From: an uncultured delta proteobacterium
Lineage (GTDB): Bacteria > Desulfobacterota > Desulfobacteria > Desulfobacterales > QNYZ01
Direction: 5' to 3'
Assembly: GCA_963845145.1 (NCBI GenBank)
Contig: CAWJQU010000005.1
Coordinates: 736,001 to 800,000, forward strand
DNA: 64,000 bases
How positions within the stretch are numbered: position 1 is the stretch's first letter; every line of letters starts with the position of its first letter. The notes under the pieces are model-generated. The model did no database searches and was not told the origin of the DNA. It saw only the letters and a list, made by a program, of their open reading frames with translations. The translations under genes were made by a program, and so were the position numbers. This document shows, piece by piece, positions 61,570 to 64,000 of the stretch.

Positions 61570-62769
61570 CTATTTTTTATTCATGATCGGCGGTGCGGTC
61601 TCTTCGGGGCTCAACTCCCGCGTAAGAACCGGGATCGCCCACGCCACATCCGGCTTCACATCCAGTTTAAATGCAAACATGGATTGAAGGGCTTGATGGT
61701 CTTCCTTTCGAAAGGTCATCTCCCCTTTGGGTGTCATGAAACTGATCCCTTCCATGGCGTCAATTAGCTTTTCCGTATCCGTTGAACCGGCTTTGGTGAT
61801 GGCCGCAACGACGGCGCTGGCAGCCGCGAAGCCACCACAGGTAAAGAAATCGGGCGGTTCATTAAACCGTTTCATATGCTCGGTCACAAACCAGTCGTTG
61901 ACCTTATTTTTTGGATTTTCATAGTAGTAGTAAATGGAACCTTCCATTCCCTTGAGCGCTTTCATCCCTTTCAGGGCGGCGAGCACGTTGCCGCCACTGG
62001 CGATCTGGATCCCATACTTATCAAGCCCACTATCGATGAGCTGGTTCATCGGACCGCCCTTGCCGGCCCATATAAAAAAGACATATTTGGGTTCCGGCAT
62101 ATCCTTGAGGGCCCCAATGACTTTTTGGATGGTTGCGGTAAAATCGGTCGCTTTGGGATCGGCATATTCCTCATGCACAACCTTGGCACCAAGATTTTCG
62201 GCCGCCTTTTTATACGCTGCCACACCGTCACGTCCAAAGGCATAGTCCTGGGCAATAGTGGCAATGCTGACGCCCGGCTTCGCTACTGCCACCGCATTGG
62301 AGATGGCGTCCTGGCTTGAATTTCGACCGGTTCGAAAGATATAGCGATTCCAGTTAGCGCCGGTAATCGAATCGGCTACCGCCGGCTCAACGATCAGGAT
62401 CTTTTTAAATTCTTCGGCGGTCGAAAGACACGCCAACGCCACACCGCTGCTCGTTGGTCCAACGGCGATGTCCACCTTGTCATCGCTATAAAACTTAGTC
62501 AGGAGCATTTTAGCCCTGGCCGGTTTGAGTTGGGTGTCTTCGACAATGAGTTCGACATCCCTATCCATAATCTTATTGGTCCCTTTGGTGAAATATTCCA
62601 AGCCCATTTTAAAACCGGTCACTTCAGCCTTGCCGTAAATCTCATAAGGACCACTTAGCCCTTGCATAATCCCAATTTTAATCGGGTCGGCGGCCATTGC
62701 CTGAGGTAATACTAAAGCGATTGTCAAAAAAATGGTTATTAAACCGTACATAGATGTTTTTCTGTTCAT
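61570..62769 (-). CDS. Liv-type substrate-binding protein
   Basis: Signal peptide; EPAVADSITG..NRYIFRT, FRKEDHQALQ. Confidence 0.93.
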   Translation of the reverse strand: MNRKTSMYGLITIFLTIALVLPQAMAADPIKIGIMQGLSGPYEIYGKAEVTGFKMGLEYFTKGTNKIMDRDVELIVEDTQLKPARAKMLLTKFYSDDKVDIAVGPTSSGVALACLSTAEEFKKILIVEPAVADSITGANWNRYIFRTGRNSSQDAISNAVAVAKPGVSIATIAQDYAFGRDGVAAYKKAAENLGAKVVHEEYADPKATDFTATIQKVIGALKDMPEPKYVFFIWAGKGGPMNQLIDSGLDKYGIQIASGGNVLAALKGMKALKGMEGSIYYYYENPKNKVNDWFVTEHMKRFNEPPDFFTCGGFAAASAVVAAITKAGSTDTEKLIDAMEGISFMTPKGEMTFRKEDHQALQSMFAFKLDVKPDVAWAIPVLTRELSPEETAPPIMNKK

Positions 62770-62839
62770 CTTTCCCCTCCTTTTGGTTGGTATGACTTTG
62801 AAAAAAAGTAAACCGAAATTTCGGTGGCAGTTTACCGGC

Positions 62840-64000
62840 TTACGTCTGATATTGATTTCGAAGATCGTTTTTTAGCACCTTACCGGCGGCATTGCGGGGA
62901 AGCGCCTCTACAAATATAACGCGCTTGGGTACCTTGAATCTCGCCAGGCGGGTTTTTAAAAATTCAATGATCTCTTTTTCGCTCAACGCCTCACCGCGTT
63001 TCAATGTTATTAACGCACATCCGACTTCACCCCACTTCTCATCTTTTAGACCGATAACTGCCGTTTCCGCCACTTTTTCCAACTCGTAGATGGCGTTTTC
63101 CACCTCTGCCGGATAGACATTTTCACCCCCGGAAATGAACATATCTTTTTTACGGTCGACGATATAAAGATCCCCATCGGTATCCATTCGAGCCAGGTCG
63201 CCGGTGTGAAACCATCCATCACTGAATGCTTTTTGAGTCGCTTCCGGTCGGTTCCAATATTCCTGAAGGAGGTTCGGGCCCCGGATCACCAACTCACCGA
63301 CAGTTTCCGGTGGTAAGGTATTCAATGCTTCGTCCACCACGCGTGCATCGGTATGAAAAAGCGGCCGACCGATGGACCCGGCTTTTTTCAACGCCAGATC
63401 ACGGGAAAGCGTAGCGATGCTCGGTGCGGCTTCACTCATTCCGAAGCCCTGTTGAAGGACGATGCCTGCTTGATGGTACTGGCGTACCAGGCTTTCGGGC
63501 AGCGGTGCTCCGCCGCTCATGACAACGCGGGTGTTTTTAAACGCGCCTGGATCGAATTCCGGATGTTGAATTAAGAAGAGAAAAATGGCCGCCACGCCGA
63601 AAAAAAGCGTAATGTTTTCATTTTTCAACAAATCGAGCGTCACCGCCGGGTCAAATGTGCGTTGAACGACCACGGTACCCCCGGCATAAATGATGGGTAG
63701 GGTGAACAAGCCGATTCCACCAATATGAAACATCGGCAGAACGGAGAGATTTCTATCGTGGGAACTAAAATTCATGTCCAGCATCAGATTTAGGGCATTA
63801 TAAAAGCTGGCCCCCTGGCTGAGAACCGCGCCTTTAGGGCGGCCCGTGGTGCCCGCGGTATACATGATGATATGAGGTGTTTCCAGGTTCACAGGTGCTG
63901 TCGGTTCAGGTGGTTCTTCCGGTTGCCGGACCAGCAGATCTTCATAAGCGTCCGCCCCTTCAACGGATTCATTGCCGATGATGATACAATGGTTTATCGG
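62840..64000 (-). CDS. Acyl-CoA synthetase, 5' end outside window
   Basis: YTAGTTGRPKG, GFGMSE, LPRNAAGK; frame open to window edge. Confidence 0.93.
   Translation of the reverse strand, partial: PINHCIIIGNESVEGADAYEDLLVRQPEEPPEPTAPVNLETPHIIMYTAGTTGRPKGAVLSQGASFYNALNLMLDMNFSSHDRNLSVLPMFHIGGIGLFTLPIIYAGGTVVVQRTFDPAVTLDLLKNENITLFFGVAAIFLFLIQHPEFDPGAFKNTRVVMSGGAPLPESLVRQYHQAGIVLQQGFGMSEAAPSIATLSRDLALKKAGSIGRPLFHTDARVVDEALNTLPPETVGELVIRGPNLLQEYWNRPEATQKAFSDGWFHTGDLARMDTDGDLYIVDRKKDMFISGGENVYPAEVENAIYELEKVAETAVIGLKDEKWGEVGCALITLKRGEALSEKEIIEFLKTRLARFKVPKRVIFVEALPRNAAGKVLKNDLRNQYQT

Overview
Gene-dense 64 kb segment that reads as a Desulfobacterota (Desulfobacterales-like) chromosome; this is inferred from gene content. 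Left (1-9.8 kb): housekeeping and small genes (MMPL transporter, rubredoxin, WYL regulator with GyrI-like target, adk, moaE/mobA, a YchF paralogue with a degenerate P-loop). 10-21 kb: a MalT/BTAD-type regulator followed by exported proteins, interrupted by a rearranged block bracketed by a 174-bp duplication. 21.2-31.6 kb: a visibly AT-richer block (GntR, Liv-type ABC, TIGR04076, Fe-S protein, aldehyde:ferredoxin oxidoreductase, racemase-like gene, MFS) carrying many single-base frameshifts. 31.7-64 kb: a sigma54-linked organic-acid/acyl-CoA region with two Liv-type ABC systems, a TRAP system, three acyl-CoA ligases, acyl-CoA dehydrogenase, CoA-transferase, a 3-hydroxybutyrate-dehydrogenase-like SDR, class III PhaEC and a hydrolase, plus a yefM-yoeB module. 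A ~160-bp MITE-like element occurs twice with 4-bp target duplications, once rewriting the mobA C-terminus. No rRNA, tRNA, CRISPR array, integrase or transposase was recognised. All family calls are motif recognition by eye, not database searches.
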